A stretch of DNA of 40,324 bases from NCBI GenBank assembly GCA_964427125.1, contig CAYRSM010000003.1, positions 1 to 40,324 of the forward strand, read 5' to 3'. Position 1 is the stretch's first letter. Each line of letters starts with the position of its first letter. Source of the DNA: an uncultured archaeon (GTDB taxonomy: Archaea; Aenigmatarchaeota; Aenigmatarchaeia; CG10238-14; SCSR01). The position numbers and the translations under genes are program-made. The notes below the pieces were generated by a model. That model worked only from the letters and a program-made list of their open reading frames with translations, did no database searches and was not told the DNA's origin. Of this stretch, positions 26,682-35,080 are shown piece after piece.

Positions 26682-27161
26682 TTAGGGGGAAGGAATTATT
26701 TCTTCCACGCCGCCAATACCGCAAACCATCGAAAATTCCCCGCTGTAGCTCTTGAAATATATCCTCGCTGCTTTGCCTTTGTGGAAAATGGGCTGGTCTT
26801 CCGCTTCTTGGCATATTTCTCCGACACATCCGCCGGGAGTCATTATCTGGAGATTTGCCGGCACGATTTTGAACGGCACTCCCTTCGTATAATTTTTGAT
26901 TGACAAATTGGTGTAAGTAAAAATGGCGTTGTTATTTCCCCGTTTGCTTTCGACATTCTCTACAATCCCATCGATTATGTAATCCGCGGTGCTGTTTATG
27001 TAGCTCCTGTTTGCACACTCCTTTGCCAGCAAGCCAGTCCCGCCAGACTGCTTTACGGTTATCTGAAAGTTTCCGGGCATTGTTTTTTGTGCGGCACCGA
27101 AGACGATTGCAGCCAGAACGGTTGTCGCGACCGCCAGCCCGACTATTGTCGTATGTTTCAA
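26682..27161 (-). CDS. Small secreted protein
   Basis: 159-aa ORF with the signal sequence 'MKHTTIVGLAVATTVLAAIVFGAAQ'. No family recognised. Confidence 0.55.
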   Translation of the reverse strand: MKHTTIVGLAVATTVLAAIVFGAAQKTMPGNFQITVKQSGGTGLLAKECANRSYINSTADYIIDGIVENVESKRGNNNAIFTYTNLSIKNYTKGVPFKIVPANLQIMTPGGCVGEICQEAEDQPIFHKGKAARIYFKSYSGEFSMVCGIGGVEEIIPSP

Positions 27162-27226
27162 AGTCTCACGCCCCCGTATTCAAGTTGAAGATTAGTCGGG
27201 TTAAAGATGTCGGTTATGTTAGGCGG

Positions 27227-27269
27227 GCGCCGAACCAAAATTTCACACATTCCAAACTCACCGGAAATG
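27227..27269 (+). repeat. Conserved 5' leader, copy B, ending in AACTCACCGGAAATG (27255-27269), 42 nt before the LAGLIDADG start codon
   Basis: See copy A at 411-456. Confidence 0.6.
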
Positions 27270-27311
27270 AACCCCCGATAGGCTTAAGAATGGCCCCTGT
27301 ATACTAGTAGT

Positions 27312-28085
27312 ATGGTCGTTTTGCTTACAAGGAAATTTTTCATTTCTACATACGAAAATAAGAAACTCGGTGTTCACTATTCTAAGAAACACGCCTATCT
27401 TTTCCCAATCCGCCCATCAACAACATTGGCTGGGATTATAGCGGACATAACGGGAGACGGTCACCTTGGTCATGGACTCATACAGTTTACAGCAAAGGAC
27501 AAGAAGGAAGTGCTCAGATTCAGGCGGGAATTCTGCAAGATTTTTCGTCACAAATGTAGCATCAGAAAATCGAGTACATTTCAAAATACTTGGGAATGTT
27601 TGGTGGGTTCAAATACGTTGCACAGGATATTCAAGCTGTTGGGTACGCCGTACGGAAATAAAACCAATACGAAGTTCACTGTGCCAGAATGGGTAAAGAA
27701 CGGTGAAGACGACATTAGGAGAAGATACCTGCAACGGCTGTTCGAATGCGAAGGGTCTGTGAGACTGCAAAGGGGCAACAGGATAGTCATCAAAATAGCA
27801 TTTTACAAAAATGAAAGGCTTCGAAATAACTTGGAGGAGTTCCTTTTGGAGATAAAATCCATGCTTCTTTCATTTGGCATCAAGACGACAAACTTGACCC
27901 GTGACGGTCTTCATCTGCGCAAGGATGGTAGCAGGAGCATAGGTCTCGCATTTGAAATACATGGCACGGCAAAGAACACGTATTCTATGGATAACTTCTA
28001 CAAGAAGGTCAACTTCGAGAGTTCTATAAAAAGAGAAAAACTCAAAATGTATTTAAGCGGATTGAAGAAGGCCCCATTAAGCTGA
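27312..28085 (+). CDS. Free-standing LAGLIDADG (double-motif) endonuclease-like protein, paralogue of ORF 500..1483
   Basis: 'LAGIIADITGDGHLG' and 'YLQRLFECEGSV'. Shares 'VPEWVKNGEDDI' and 'FESSIKREKL' with ORF 500..1483. AT-rich. The stop codon lies 1 nt before the tRNA-Arg 5' end. Confidence 0.8.
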   Translation: MVVLLTRKFFISTYENKKLGVHYSKKHAYLFPIRPSTTLAGIIADITGDGHLGHGLIQFTAKDKKEVLRFRREFCKIFRHKCSIRKSSTFQNTWECLVGSNTLHRIFKLLGTPYGNKTNTKFTVPEWVKNGEDDIRRRYLQRLFECEGSVRLQRGNRIVIKIAFYKNERLRNNLEEFLLEIKSMLLSFGIKTTNLTRDGLHLRKDGSRSIGLAFEIHGTAKNTYSMDNFYKKVNFESSIKREKLKMYLSGLKKAPLS

Positions 28086-28096
28086 CGCCCCATTAA
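28071..28096 (+). repeat. 10-nt direct repeat GCCCCATTAA (28071-28080 and 28087-28096), separated by 6 nt. The second copy is the 5' acceptor strand plus positions 8-9 of tRNA-Arg; the first lies inside the end of the LAGLIDADG CDS.
   Basis: Read directly: 'aagGCCCCATTAAgctgacGCCCCATTAAaag'. Confidence 0.85.
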
Positions 28097-28174
28097 AAGT
28101 TTGGGAAAGCTCAGTTTGGATAGAGCAGCACCCTTCTAAGGTGACGGTCGTGGGTTCAAATCCCTCATGGGGCA
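28087..28174 (+). tRNA. tRNA-Arg (anticodon UCU, 28135-28137) carrying a 13-nt insertion between the acceptor/8-9 region and the D-stem (about 28096-28108)
   Basis: Hand fold. Acceptor GCCCCAT/ATGGGGC pairs perfectly over 7 bp. D-arm is GCTC-AGTTTGGATA-GAGC. Anticodon arm is GCACC-CTTCTAA-GGTGA with a G27/A43 mismatch. Variable loop is CGGTC. T-arm is GTGGG-TTCAAAT-CCCTC with one U-U mismatch. Discriminator is A. The total is 88 nt, against 75 nt without the insertion. Confidence 0.75.
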
Positions 28175-28258
28175 TCCAAACGAGTCACTAATTTTTATGT
28201 TACTAACTAACATAAATTTTATATAGTTACTTACACAAACACGAGCAAGCTTATTTAT

Positions 28259-29215
28259 TTGCAATACAAAATTAAACTGGTGAAATTATGGCACGGCTTT
28301 TTCGACTTACAAAACCAAGAATTAATCAAAGCAGAAGAGAAACCCTTTTCTGACGAAGTAACTGAGATGGAGACTTTCATAAAGAAGAATGCTCGCGTTT
28401 TAGGCGACATTTTCATTTTTGGTGAACAAACAGCATCGTCTGAGCGTGACAAAAGAGTTGATCTTCTTGCGGTAAATAGGGATGGTGAAATTCTAATAAT
28501 CGAGCTTAAGAAGGACCAAGCATCAACTGATATAATCACACAAGTTTTGAAGTACAAAGCATATTGGAAGACTCATCCAGATTCAGCACGAAGTATTTGG
28601 GAACAGGCAAAGGGCAGACCTGAGGATATAGAACCTGATTGGAGCAATTACAACCCAAAAATTGTCATTGTTGCACCATCTTTTGATAGCGAGTTAATTC
28701 AAACCTCGACTCAGAACAATCTTGATATTCGTTTTGTAGAAATTACGAGATATGTGCATGGCGACTCGATGTTTGTTGTTGTTGATGAACTAGAGCCGTC
28801 AATAACAAGAGAAGCAGTGATTTCCACAAGACTCGAATATGATTGGGATTGGTATAATAAAGAGGTCGTTCGTAGCGAAGACCAGGTCAAGATTGGCAAG
28901 TACCTTCAAGAGGAAATTTTAAAGTTGTGTCAGGGGAAAGGATGGAATATCTCACCTAAATTCAATAAATTTTATTTGGCTTTCAAGTATGGTGGCAATA
29001 ATCCGTTTTGGATAGAATTTTATCATAAAGGAAAAGTGGCTGTGTGCGTCAATCTTAGGGATCAGAAAATACGTCCGCCATCAAGTTCTAACGTTCAATG
29101 GCAATGGAACAAAACTTGGGAACATTGGTATGTAGATGTTGACACCGCATCATTTGATGTGAATGACATCGAGGCTTCATTAGAATTGGCGTACAATAAT
29201 ACCATGAGGGCATAA
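28259..29215 (+). CDS. PD-(D/E)xK nuclease-like protein (NucS/DUF91/RecB-like core) with an uncharacterised ~200-aa C-terminal region
   Basis: 'RVDLLAVNRDGEILIIELKKDQASTDIITQVLKY' gives the D...E-x-K plus QxxxY arrangement. The start is a TTG at 28259, with an in-frame GTG at 28280 as an alternative. AT-rich. Confidence 0.6.
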   Translation: MQYKIKLVKLWHGFFDLQNQELIKAEEKPFSDEVTEMETFIKKNARVLGDIFIFGEQTASSERDKRVDLLAVNRDGEILIIELKKDQASTDIITQVLKYKAYWKTHPDSARSIWEQAKGRPEDIEPDWSNYNPKIVIVAPSFDSELIQTSTQNNLDIRFVEITRYVHGDSMFVVVDELEPSITREAVISTRLEYDWDWYNKEVVRSEDQVKIGKYLQEEILKLCQGKGWNISPKFNKFYLAFKYGGNNPFWIEFYHKGKVAVCVNLRDQKIRPPSSSNVQWQWNKTWEHWYVDVDTASFDVNDIEASLELAYNNTMRA

Positions 29216-29232
29216 TCACGTGTTGTTGAATT

Positions 29233-30198
29233 TTATCCGAAAGTAAACGCATATACAGAAGTGCCCCCGTTCTGTAACTCCAGTCTCAGCATGTGTTCGC
29301 CAGCCTTCCCCTTCAGGTCGATCACATGGTACATCCTCGGCTCGTCAATCTCGATTACACTGTCCTTTACATCTTTCCCCCGCGACGATTCGTCCAAAGG
29401 CTTGTCGTCGATAGAAACTTTCACCTCATCACATTTCCCCTTCGGGTGCATTACAAGAAATACCTTCCCCGCGTAGAAATCCATCTCCATCACAGAACCC
29501 TTGAATGAGCTCGCGTGCTCCATCTGCAGGCCCCACTTTCCGCCGTATGCGAAGTGGTGCTGGGGAAGTTCCCCGGGAAGCGTGAAAGTCTGCACCCCAA
29601 CCTTCGGCTTCTCCTTTGAGGCAAACCTGTCCATGCGCGCCATGCCGAGATAAGTCTCGGGCGTGATTGACATCTTCGGCGTCGTGTCTTCCAGTACACT
29701 CGCGGGCTCCTCTATCTTCTGTCCGGCCTCCTTCAGCAAAACCCTTATCGCCTCCTCCATCTCATCGTACCCGCCCTCGCCGAAGTGTGTCGTCCTTATG
29801 TTCCCCTTTGCGTCAATCAAATATTTTGCGGGCCAGTAGCGGTTGCCGTAAGCGTTCCACGTCCTGTAGCTGCTGTCCAGAGCCACGGGGTATTTTATAT
29901 CAAAATCTTTCACGGCCTTCCCCACATTTTCAAACTTTTTTTCAAAATCGAACTCCGGAGTGTGCACTCCTATGATTACCAGACCCTTGCCCTTGTACTT
30001 TTCATCCCACTCCCTGATGTGCGGCAGGGTCCTTATGCAGTTGACGCATGTGTAGGTCCAGAAGTCTACTAGAACCACCTTTCCCCTCAGCCCCTTCAGC
30101 GAAATGGGCTTTGTGTTGAACCAGTGCGTTATCCCTTCGAGCTCGGGAGCCATCTCAAGGCCCGTGAATTTCATGAACAGGGGGCACATATGATTCAA
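29233..30198 (-). CDS. Thioredoxin-fold thiol:disulfide oxidoreductase (TlpA/DipZ C-terminal-like) with a C-terminal beta-sandwich domain
   Basis: 'GKVVLVDFWTYTCVNCIRTLPHI..W..KY...GLVIIGVHTPEFDFEK' containing the CxxC, and 'YWPAKYLIDAKGNIR..HFGEGGY'. Confidence 0.78.
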   Translation of the reverse strand: MNHMCPLFMKFTGLEMAPELEGITHWFNTKPISLKGLRGKVVLVDFWTYTCVNCIRTLPHIREWDEKYKGKGLVIIGVHTPEFDFEKKFENVGKAVKDFDIKYPVALDSSYRTWNAYGNRYWPAKYLIDAKGNIRTTHFGEGGYDEMEEAIRVLLKEAGQKIEEPASVLEDTTPKMSITPETYLGMARMDRFASKEKPKVGVQTFTLPGELPQHHFAYGGKWGLQMEHASSFKGSVMEMDFYAGKVFLVMHPKGKCDEVKVSIDDKPLDESSRGKDVKDSVIEIDEPRMYHVIDLKGKAGEHMLRLELQNGGTSVYAFTFG

Positions 30199-30283
30199 GA
30201 TTGCCCTTTTTGAACTAAATGTTTTTATGGCCTAATGTGACAAGCCCAGTTGCCAGCGTATCCATGTCACTGGTAGCGATATG

Positions 30284-30295
30284 CCCCCCCCCCCC
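30284..30295. repeat. C12 homopolymer in the divergent intergenic region between 29233..30198(-) and 30369..31724(+)
   Basis: Counted directly: 'gatatg' followed by 12 C, then 'ggccat'. Confidence 0.9.
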
Positions 30296-30368
30296 GGCCA
30301 TTTGCCGGAAAACGCCTAAAAGTCGGCTTAATATGCTTTACTGCCAAAGTAAATTTTGGCGGGTCTTT

Positions 30369-31724
30369 ATGAAACCAAAGATGACAACCAAACCTCCCGG
30401 GCCCAAGGCCAAGGAGATAATAAAGAGGGATTTCGACGTGATTTCAGCCTCCTACAGCAGGCAGTACCCGTTGGTCATATCCAAGACGTTCGGAGTAAAT
30501 TTCGAGGATGTCGATGGCAATGTCTATCTGGACTTCAATTCCGGGATAGGAGTCATGAATTTCGGTTATTCGAATCCGAAGATTGTAGAGGCCGTGACAG
30601 AACAGGTGAAGCTTGCCACGCACACCGCTTTTTTGGAGTTTTATTCCGAGACGCAGGTAAAATTTGTAGAGGAGTTGCTGAAATTCATACCGCATCTGAG
30701 CAGAGGCAGCGTGTTTCTGACAAATTCTGGAGCGGAGAGCGTTGAGGCTGCGATGAAGCTTGCCCGCTACCACACAAAAAGGAAATATTTCATATCTTTT
30801 CTTAATTCTTTTCACGGCAGGACATATGGCGCCTTGTCGTTGTCTGCGTCGCAGGCCGTCCATAAAAGGGGGTTCGGCCCATTCATGGATGTCATACACG
30901 TGCCGTATCCAAATCCCTACAGGCCATACTTCAAAGGGGAAACCCCAGAGGAGATTGGAAATGATTGTATCAGATACATAGAAGACGTGGTATTCAGGCA
31001 TGAGATATCGCCTGACGAGGTCGCGGGCATATTTTTCGAGCCGATACAAGGAGAAGGTGGGATAGTTGTGCCTCCCCCCAATTTTTTCAAGCAGCTGGAG
31101 GACATCTGCGACAAGCACAACATACTTTTCATAGCAGACGAAATCCAGAGCGGCATATTCAGGACCGGCAAGTTTTTGGCATCCGAGCACTTCGGAATCA
31201 AGCCGGACATAGTCTGTTTGTCCAAGGCTATTGGGGGAGGACTGCCTCTTGGCGCCGTAGCATTTTTTGACGAGTTGAACGACTGGGCCCACGGAAGCCA
31301 CGCATCAACTTTTGGCGGCAACGTCCTGTCGTGCGCTGCGGGATTGGCCGTTCTCAAACTCTGCAAGGACGAAAAGTTGGGCAAGGAGGTCGAAAGCAAG
31401 GGCGAGTATATAAAAAAGTACCTGTCTGATCTTCAGAATAACTGCGGCATAATAGGCGATGTCCGCGGAAAGGGACTGATGCTTGGGGTCGAGTTGGTAA
31501 AGGACAAAAAATCAAAGGAACGTGTTACAAAGAAGAGGAACATGGCTGTCAAGACTGCCTTTGAGAACGGCTTGTCGCTTTTGGCTACGGGTCAGTCCAC
31601 CATAAGGGTAATGCCCCCGTTGATTATCGAAAAGGAAGACATCGATGTCGGTCTGGAAATCCTTTCAAATTCCATAAAATCTGTCGCACAGGCACCCGCC
31701 CAACAGACCGTCGTTAAAGCTTAA
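30369..31724 (+). CDS. Class-III pyridoxal-phosphate aminotransferase (4-aminobutyrate/acetylornithine aminotransferase-like)
   Basis: 'NSGAESVEAAMKLAR', 'FIADEIQSGIFRTGK' and 'LSKAIGGGLPLGA' with the PLP lysine. I chose the ATG at 30369 ('MKPKMTTKPPGPKAKEII'), because the tracked start at 30219 runs through the poly-C tract. Confidence 0.88.
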   Translation: MKPKMTTKPPGPKAKEIIKRDFDVISASYSRQYPLVISKTFGVNFEDVDGNVYLDFNSGIGVMNFGYSNPKIVEAVTEQVKLATHTAFLEFYSETQVKFVEELLKFIPHLSRGSVFLTNSGAESVEAAMKLARYHTKRKYFISFLNSFHGRTYGALSLSASQAVHKRGFGPFMDVIHVPYPNPYRPYFKGETPEEIGNDCIRYIEDVVFRHEISPDEVAGIFFEPIQGEGGIVVPPPNFFKQLEDICDKHNILFIADEIQSGIFRTGKFLASEHFGIKPDIVCLSKAIGGGLPLGAVAFFDELNDWAHGSHASTFGGNVLSCAAGLAVLKLCKDEKLGKEVESKGEYIKKYLSDLQNNCGIIGDVRGKGLMLGVELVKDKKSKERVTKKRNMAVKTAFENGLSLLATGQSTIRVMPPLIIEKEDIDVGLEILSNSIKSVAQAPAQQTVVKA

Positions 31725-31742
31725 TCGCGCCAAATAATTTTT

Positions 31743-32873
31743 ATGGTTTCTGCGAAGGCTGCGGGAGAAATCCATTATCTATACATCTACGACGTGGGCA
31801 ACGAGATAGAGCTGTCCAAGGTGGAGAAGGTCATGAACAAGCTCACCCGGATGGTGGGGCTCACATTCACCAGGCTCATGCCGAAGTACATAGCCATAAA
31901 GCCCGCCCCCCTGCTGGTGAACCTGGGCGTTAGGAAGCTGGACTTTTTCGGCAAGGAGAGGGAGGTGGACGTCATAGTAAAGCTGTACGAGGTGGGCGCC
32001 ATATCCGTGACGCTGGTGGTGCCCTTCGAGGAGGAATTAGAACAGCTGATAAAGTACAACACGCCGAAGGTGAAGTACAGGGACACGGACACCGACCTGA
32101 AGAAGTTCTGCGACGAGCTAGTGGGTAGGGTGCTGGACAGCATAAGGGAGAGCGTAAAGGCGGCTGCCAAGGTGTCGGCAGTCCCGGAGGAGTACGTCTC
32201 ATTCTGCATAAGGACTCTTGAGACGAAGCAGACCGTGGACAAGTTCGTCTCGGAGAACAAGAAGGTGCTGACAGGCATACTGAGGGAGGAGGAGAAGATA
32301 AAGGTAATCTCGGACGACGAGATTGAGAGCGCTCTAAAGTACAGGATATCCTATTATGAGGACGACGTGGTGCTCCTGGACTGGTCGGCCAGCGTGATAG
32401 TCGACCCCGACGGCGAGTTCTCGGACCCGCTCTTCACCATAGAGCTCGCGAACCTCCAGCTGCTGGAGCTCAGGTCCTACGACAGCATAGTGGGCGCGGT
32501 CATCGATTCCGCATACGACGAGCTAAAGAGGTTCAGGCTCGGATGGAGGACGCTCCTGTTCGGCAGGCCGTTCAAGGTGTCCATGGACGTGGCCACGAAG
32601 AGGCTTGAGATATCCGACGTCATCGAGACCACAAAGAACTCCGTGAAGTTCTTCGGAGACTGGTATGTGGGCAAGATATACGCCAGCATAAGCGAGAGGC
32701 TGCACCTGAAAGACTGGGACAACATTCTAGCCGAGAAGATGGACACTCTTGAGGACATCTACACCATGACCTCCGACCAGATAGAGAACAGCAGGTCGCT
32801 GTGGCTGGAAATCATAGTAGTCCTGCTCATACTGATTGAGATAATCATCGCGCTGCCTACGTACATAAAGTAG
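31743..32873 (+). CDS. Conserved hypothetical protein with a single C-terminal TM helix, possibly RMD1/DUF155 (YagE)-like
   Basis: 376-aa ORF. The C-terminal part 'LANLQLLELRSYD...FFGDWYVGKIY......L.LKDW...L..K...LE..Y.......SLWLEIIVVLLILIEIII' resembles what I recall of DUF155. Not verified. Confidence 0.45.
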   Translation: MVSAKAAGEIHYLYIYDVGNEIELSKVEKVMNKLTRMVGLTFTRLMPKYIAIKPAPLLVNLGVRKLDFFGKEREVDVIVKLYEVGAISVTLVVPFEEELEQLIKYNTPKVKYRDTDTDLKKFCDELVGRVLDSIRESVKAAAKVSAVPEEYVSFCIRTLETKQTVDKFVSENKKVLTGILREEEKIKVISDDEIESALKYRISYYEDDVVLLDWSASVIVDPDGEFSDPLFTIELANLQLLELRSYDSIVGAVIDSAYDELKRFRLGWRTLLFGRPFKVSMDVATKRLEISDVIETTKNSVKFFGDWYVGKIYASISERLHLKDWDNILAEKMDTLEDIYTMTSDQIENSRSLWLEIIVVLLILIEIIIALPTYIK

Positions 32874-32878
32874 CGTAA

Positions 32879-33283
32879 CTAGCCGAGTTGCCTTTCCGCG
32901 CTTTCCCTCAAAATTCCGTACCTGCGCGCGACCTGCTTTATCGACAGCAGCGATTTCCTGCTTCTTTTTTCCCCGAATTTGTAGACCAATCTGGGCAATT
33001 CCTTTCTAATCTCCTGTTCAAATTGTGTGTATGTAAAGTCGCATTCTGTCCCGTCGGGAAGCCTGTTCCAGTAGTGATAACCCTTTTTCCCGAGGTTCGA
33101 CAACTTGGCCCGCATCAGGTCGCCGCCCACGTAGTCCTGCACGACCAAAGCGGTCACGGTGCACTGCCCGTATGCCGGGTTGCTGCTTTCCCATAGATCG
33201 GGATAATAGCTGGTCTCTTTCGACCAGGAATTTTCAAGCGCGGACTTCAGCTTGTTTGGCTCGATGTCGGTCATGTGTGGCAC
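32879..33283 (-). CDS. Small conserved hypothetical protein, possibly YunG-like
   Basis: 134-aa ORF containing 'NPAYGQCTVTALVVQDYVGGDL' and 'HYWNRLPDGTECDFTYTQF'. The family assignment is from memory only. Confidence 0.45.
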   Translation of the reverse strand: MPHMTDIEPNKLKSALENSWSKETSYYPDLWESSNPAYGQCTVTALVVQDYVGGDLMRAKLSNLGKKGYHYWNRLPDGTECDFTYTQFEQEIRKELPRLVYKFGEKRSRKSLLSIKQVARRYGILRESAERQLG

Positions 33284-33345
33284 AACCTGTCAATTCTACA
33301 ATAAACAGGAAAAAAATAAATAGCCAGCGTTTCGATTAGCCTTAA

Positions 33346-34218
33346 ATGCTTCAACCCGAACATCTCAATATGGCCGACTTTGTCTTCGACATGGACGACA
33401 CCCTGATAAGGAACGCCTACCTGTACAGGTTTGCCGAGCTGGACTTTCTCCACTTTCTGAAGAACGGCCTGTTCTCGGGCGAACCTTCGTTCTCCGAAGG
33501 CGTGGAGATTGTGAGCAAGCGCATGACGTATGACCACCGCAATCTGGGACATGTCTATCACTCATCCCGTTACACGGAGGACTTGGGCAGGTCCGACGTC
33601 AAGGCTGTCCTGTACAAGCTGTCCAGGCTGAGCGTCGATAACACGGAGGTTTTTAGGGAAAGGTGCGGCAATGCGTATTCCGTTGAGAGGTTTCCCGTCT
33701 CCATGGTGCAGACCTACGAGCACTTTTGCGGAATAATGGGGTACTCGCCCACCGATGCTGATAGGTCGGAAGTGTACAACATCGGCAAGATGGCGTTTGC
33801 GATAGAGCCCAATATGGTCAGTGGTGCGGAAGGCGTCCTAAACCATCTGGTACGCTCAAATGATTCGTTGTACCTGTTCACAAAGGGCGACACGGAGCTG
33901 CAGAAGAGAAAGATAGAGGTTAACCGGCTGGACAGGTGGTTTACGCCAGAGAGGACGTTCGTTGTCGCCGACAAGAGCGCCGAAAATCTTGGGGCAATCG
34001 TCGAGGGGCTGGACAAGAAATCTACCTACGTCATCGGCAACTCCTACAGTTCGGACATAAAGCCCGCGCTGGAGCTGGGGCTGAACGCGATTTACATTCC
34101 GGCGGAGACATGGCCCTTCGAGGAGTCGAAGGATGACCTGAGCGGCGTCATACTGATGGAAAATATAAAGGCGTTTGTGCCGCTGTACGAAAACATAGTC
34201 GGACGCAAAGCATGCTGA
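33346..34218 (+). CDS. HAD-superfamily hydrolase
   Basis: Motif I 'FVFDMDDTLI', 'LFTKGD', and motif IV-like 'VIGNSYSSDI'. An alternative start at 33370 ('MADFVFDMDD') is possible. Confidence 0.72.
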   Translation: MLQPEHLNMADFVFDMDDTLIRNAYLYRFAELDFLHFLKNGLFSGEPSFSEGVEIVSKRMTYDHRNLGHVYHSSRYTEDLGRSDVKAVLYKLSRLSVDNTEVFRERCGNAYSVERFPVSMVQTYEHFCGIMGYSPTDADRSEVYNIGKMAFAIEPNMVSGAEGVLNHLVRSNDSLYLFTKGDTELQKRKIEVNRLDRWFTPERTFVVADKSAENLGAIVEGLDKKSTYVIGNSYSSDIKPALELGLNAIYIPAETWPFEESKDDLSGVILMENIKAFVPLYENIVGRKAC

Positions 34219-34224
34219 TAGGAT

Positions 34225-34614
34225 TTACTTCTTGGACTCTACCATCACCGCGTTGACCACTCCGTCCTGTGCGGGCCTCGAGGTGACCCTGGCGTTCCCA
34301 GCCTCCGTCTTTATGACCGCGCCCTTTGTTATTATCTTGCTCCTCACCATCTGCGGGTTTGCAGGATTCTGAAGAACGTCCAAAATCTTCACCTTCTTAA
34401 CGGTCTTGGCATGCCTGTCCAGCACGTTGGCGAACTCCACGGTCAGAGCCCTGAGCTTCTCGCCTCCGCCCTTCGTCTGAACCTTCACCACCTTGGCCTT
34501 GCTCAGCTTTGTGTGAGTTGGCAGGCTTCCCAGTTCGCGCCTCTTCTTCTTCCTGCTTATGTGTATCTTCCCGCCCGTCGCCTTCAATCCTCTCTCCCCG
34601 TGCCAAAACGCCAT
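34225..34614 (-). CDS. rps8e: 30S ribosomal protein S8e
   Basis: 'WHGERGLKATGGKIH.SRKKKRRELG', 'GGGEKLRAL', 'NPANPQMVRSKIITKGAVI.T..G.ARVTSRPAQDGVVNAV'. Confidence 0.9.
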   Translation of the reverse strand: MAFWHGERGLKATGGKIHISRKKKRRELGSLPTHTKLSKAKVVKVQTKGGGEKLRALTVEFANVLDRHAKTVKKVKILDVLQNPANPQMVRSKIITKGAVIKTEAGNARVTSRPAQDGVVNAVMVESKK

Positions 34615-34838
34615 GTTATCACTTTACCTATTTGATAATCTAAGTTATAAATACCTTAAATATTTTGAGATGCTTCCACGGAATAGTGAGAGGCCGTATG
34701 GTGAAAAGACGCTGCCAGTCCATATTATCGCACAAAAAAATCATCGAAAGCGCTCCGAGAACTGGAAACCTTTAAATATCCACTCCCCCAATTAAGAATA
34801 ATCGGTGAAATAAACTGACAGAAAGACCAATCGATGTA

Positions 34839-35036
34839 TTGGACAAGGCAAAAGGCAAGAAGATACTAATCAAGCTGAAGAACGGGGAGGAGATAACCGG
34901 AACCCTAAAGGCACTGGACCTGCACCTGAACGTATGGGTGGAGGAAGCCGAGGTGCAGAAGAACGATATGAGGGTGAAGCTGGGAACTCTGCTGGTCAGG
35001 GGCGACACGATAGTATACGCTAGTCCTGTGCTGTGA
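34839..35036 (+). CDS. Sm-like archaeal protein (SmAP/LSm)
   Basis: Sm1/Sm2 motifs 'ILIKLKNGEEITGTLKALDLHLNVWVEEAEV' and 'LGTLLVRGDTIVYASP'. The start is uncertain. The tracked start is a TTG, and the frame is open from 34809 and encodes the conserved 'ERPIDVL' upstream. Confidence 0.85.
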   Translation: MDKAKGKKILIKLKNGEEITGTLKALDLHLNVWVEEAEVQKNDMRVKLGTLLVRGDTIVYASPVL

Positions 35037-35080
35037 GAACAAATAAGGGCGAATCTTCACAATCATAGTGTTGGTGCAAG

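Noticed and set aside
28175-28258. Hairpin 'ATGTTA-CTAAC-TAACAT' and a T5 run just after tRNA-Arg, as a possible terminator or att site
   Set aside because: A 6-bp stem in AT-rich sequence is weak evidence. No matching repeat was found at the other side of the islet.
30219-30368. 50-codon N-terminal extension of the aminotransferase ORF
   Set aside because: It passes through the C12 tract and encodes 'CPPPPAICRK'. The conserved aminotransferase N-terminus begins at the ATG at 30369.
34615-34838. Possible C/D-box sRNA or small ORF (25 aa, 'MVKRRCQSILSH...') in the 224-nt spacer between rps8e and the Sm gene
   Set aside because: No convincing RUGAUGA/CUGA box pairs on either strand. The small ORF has no recognisable homology or ribosome-binding context. 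The spacer is more simply a divergent promoter region.
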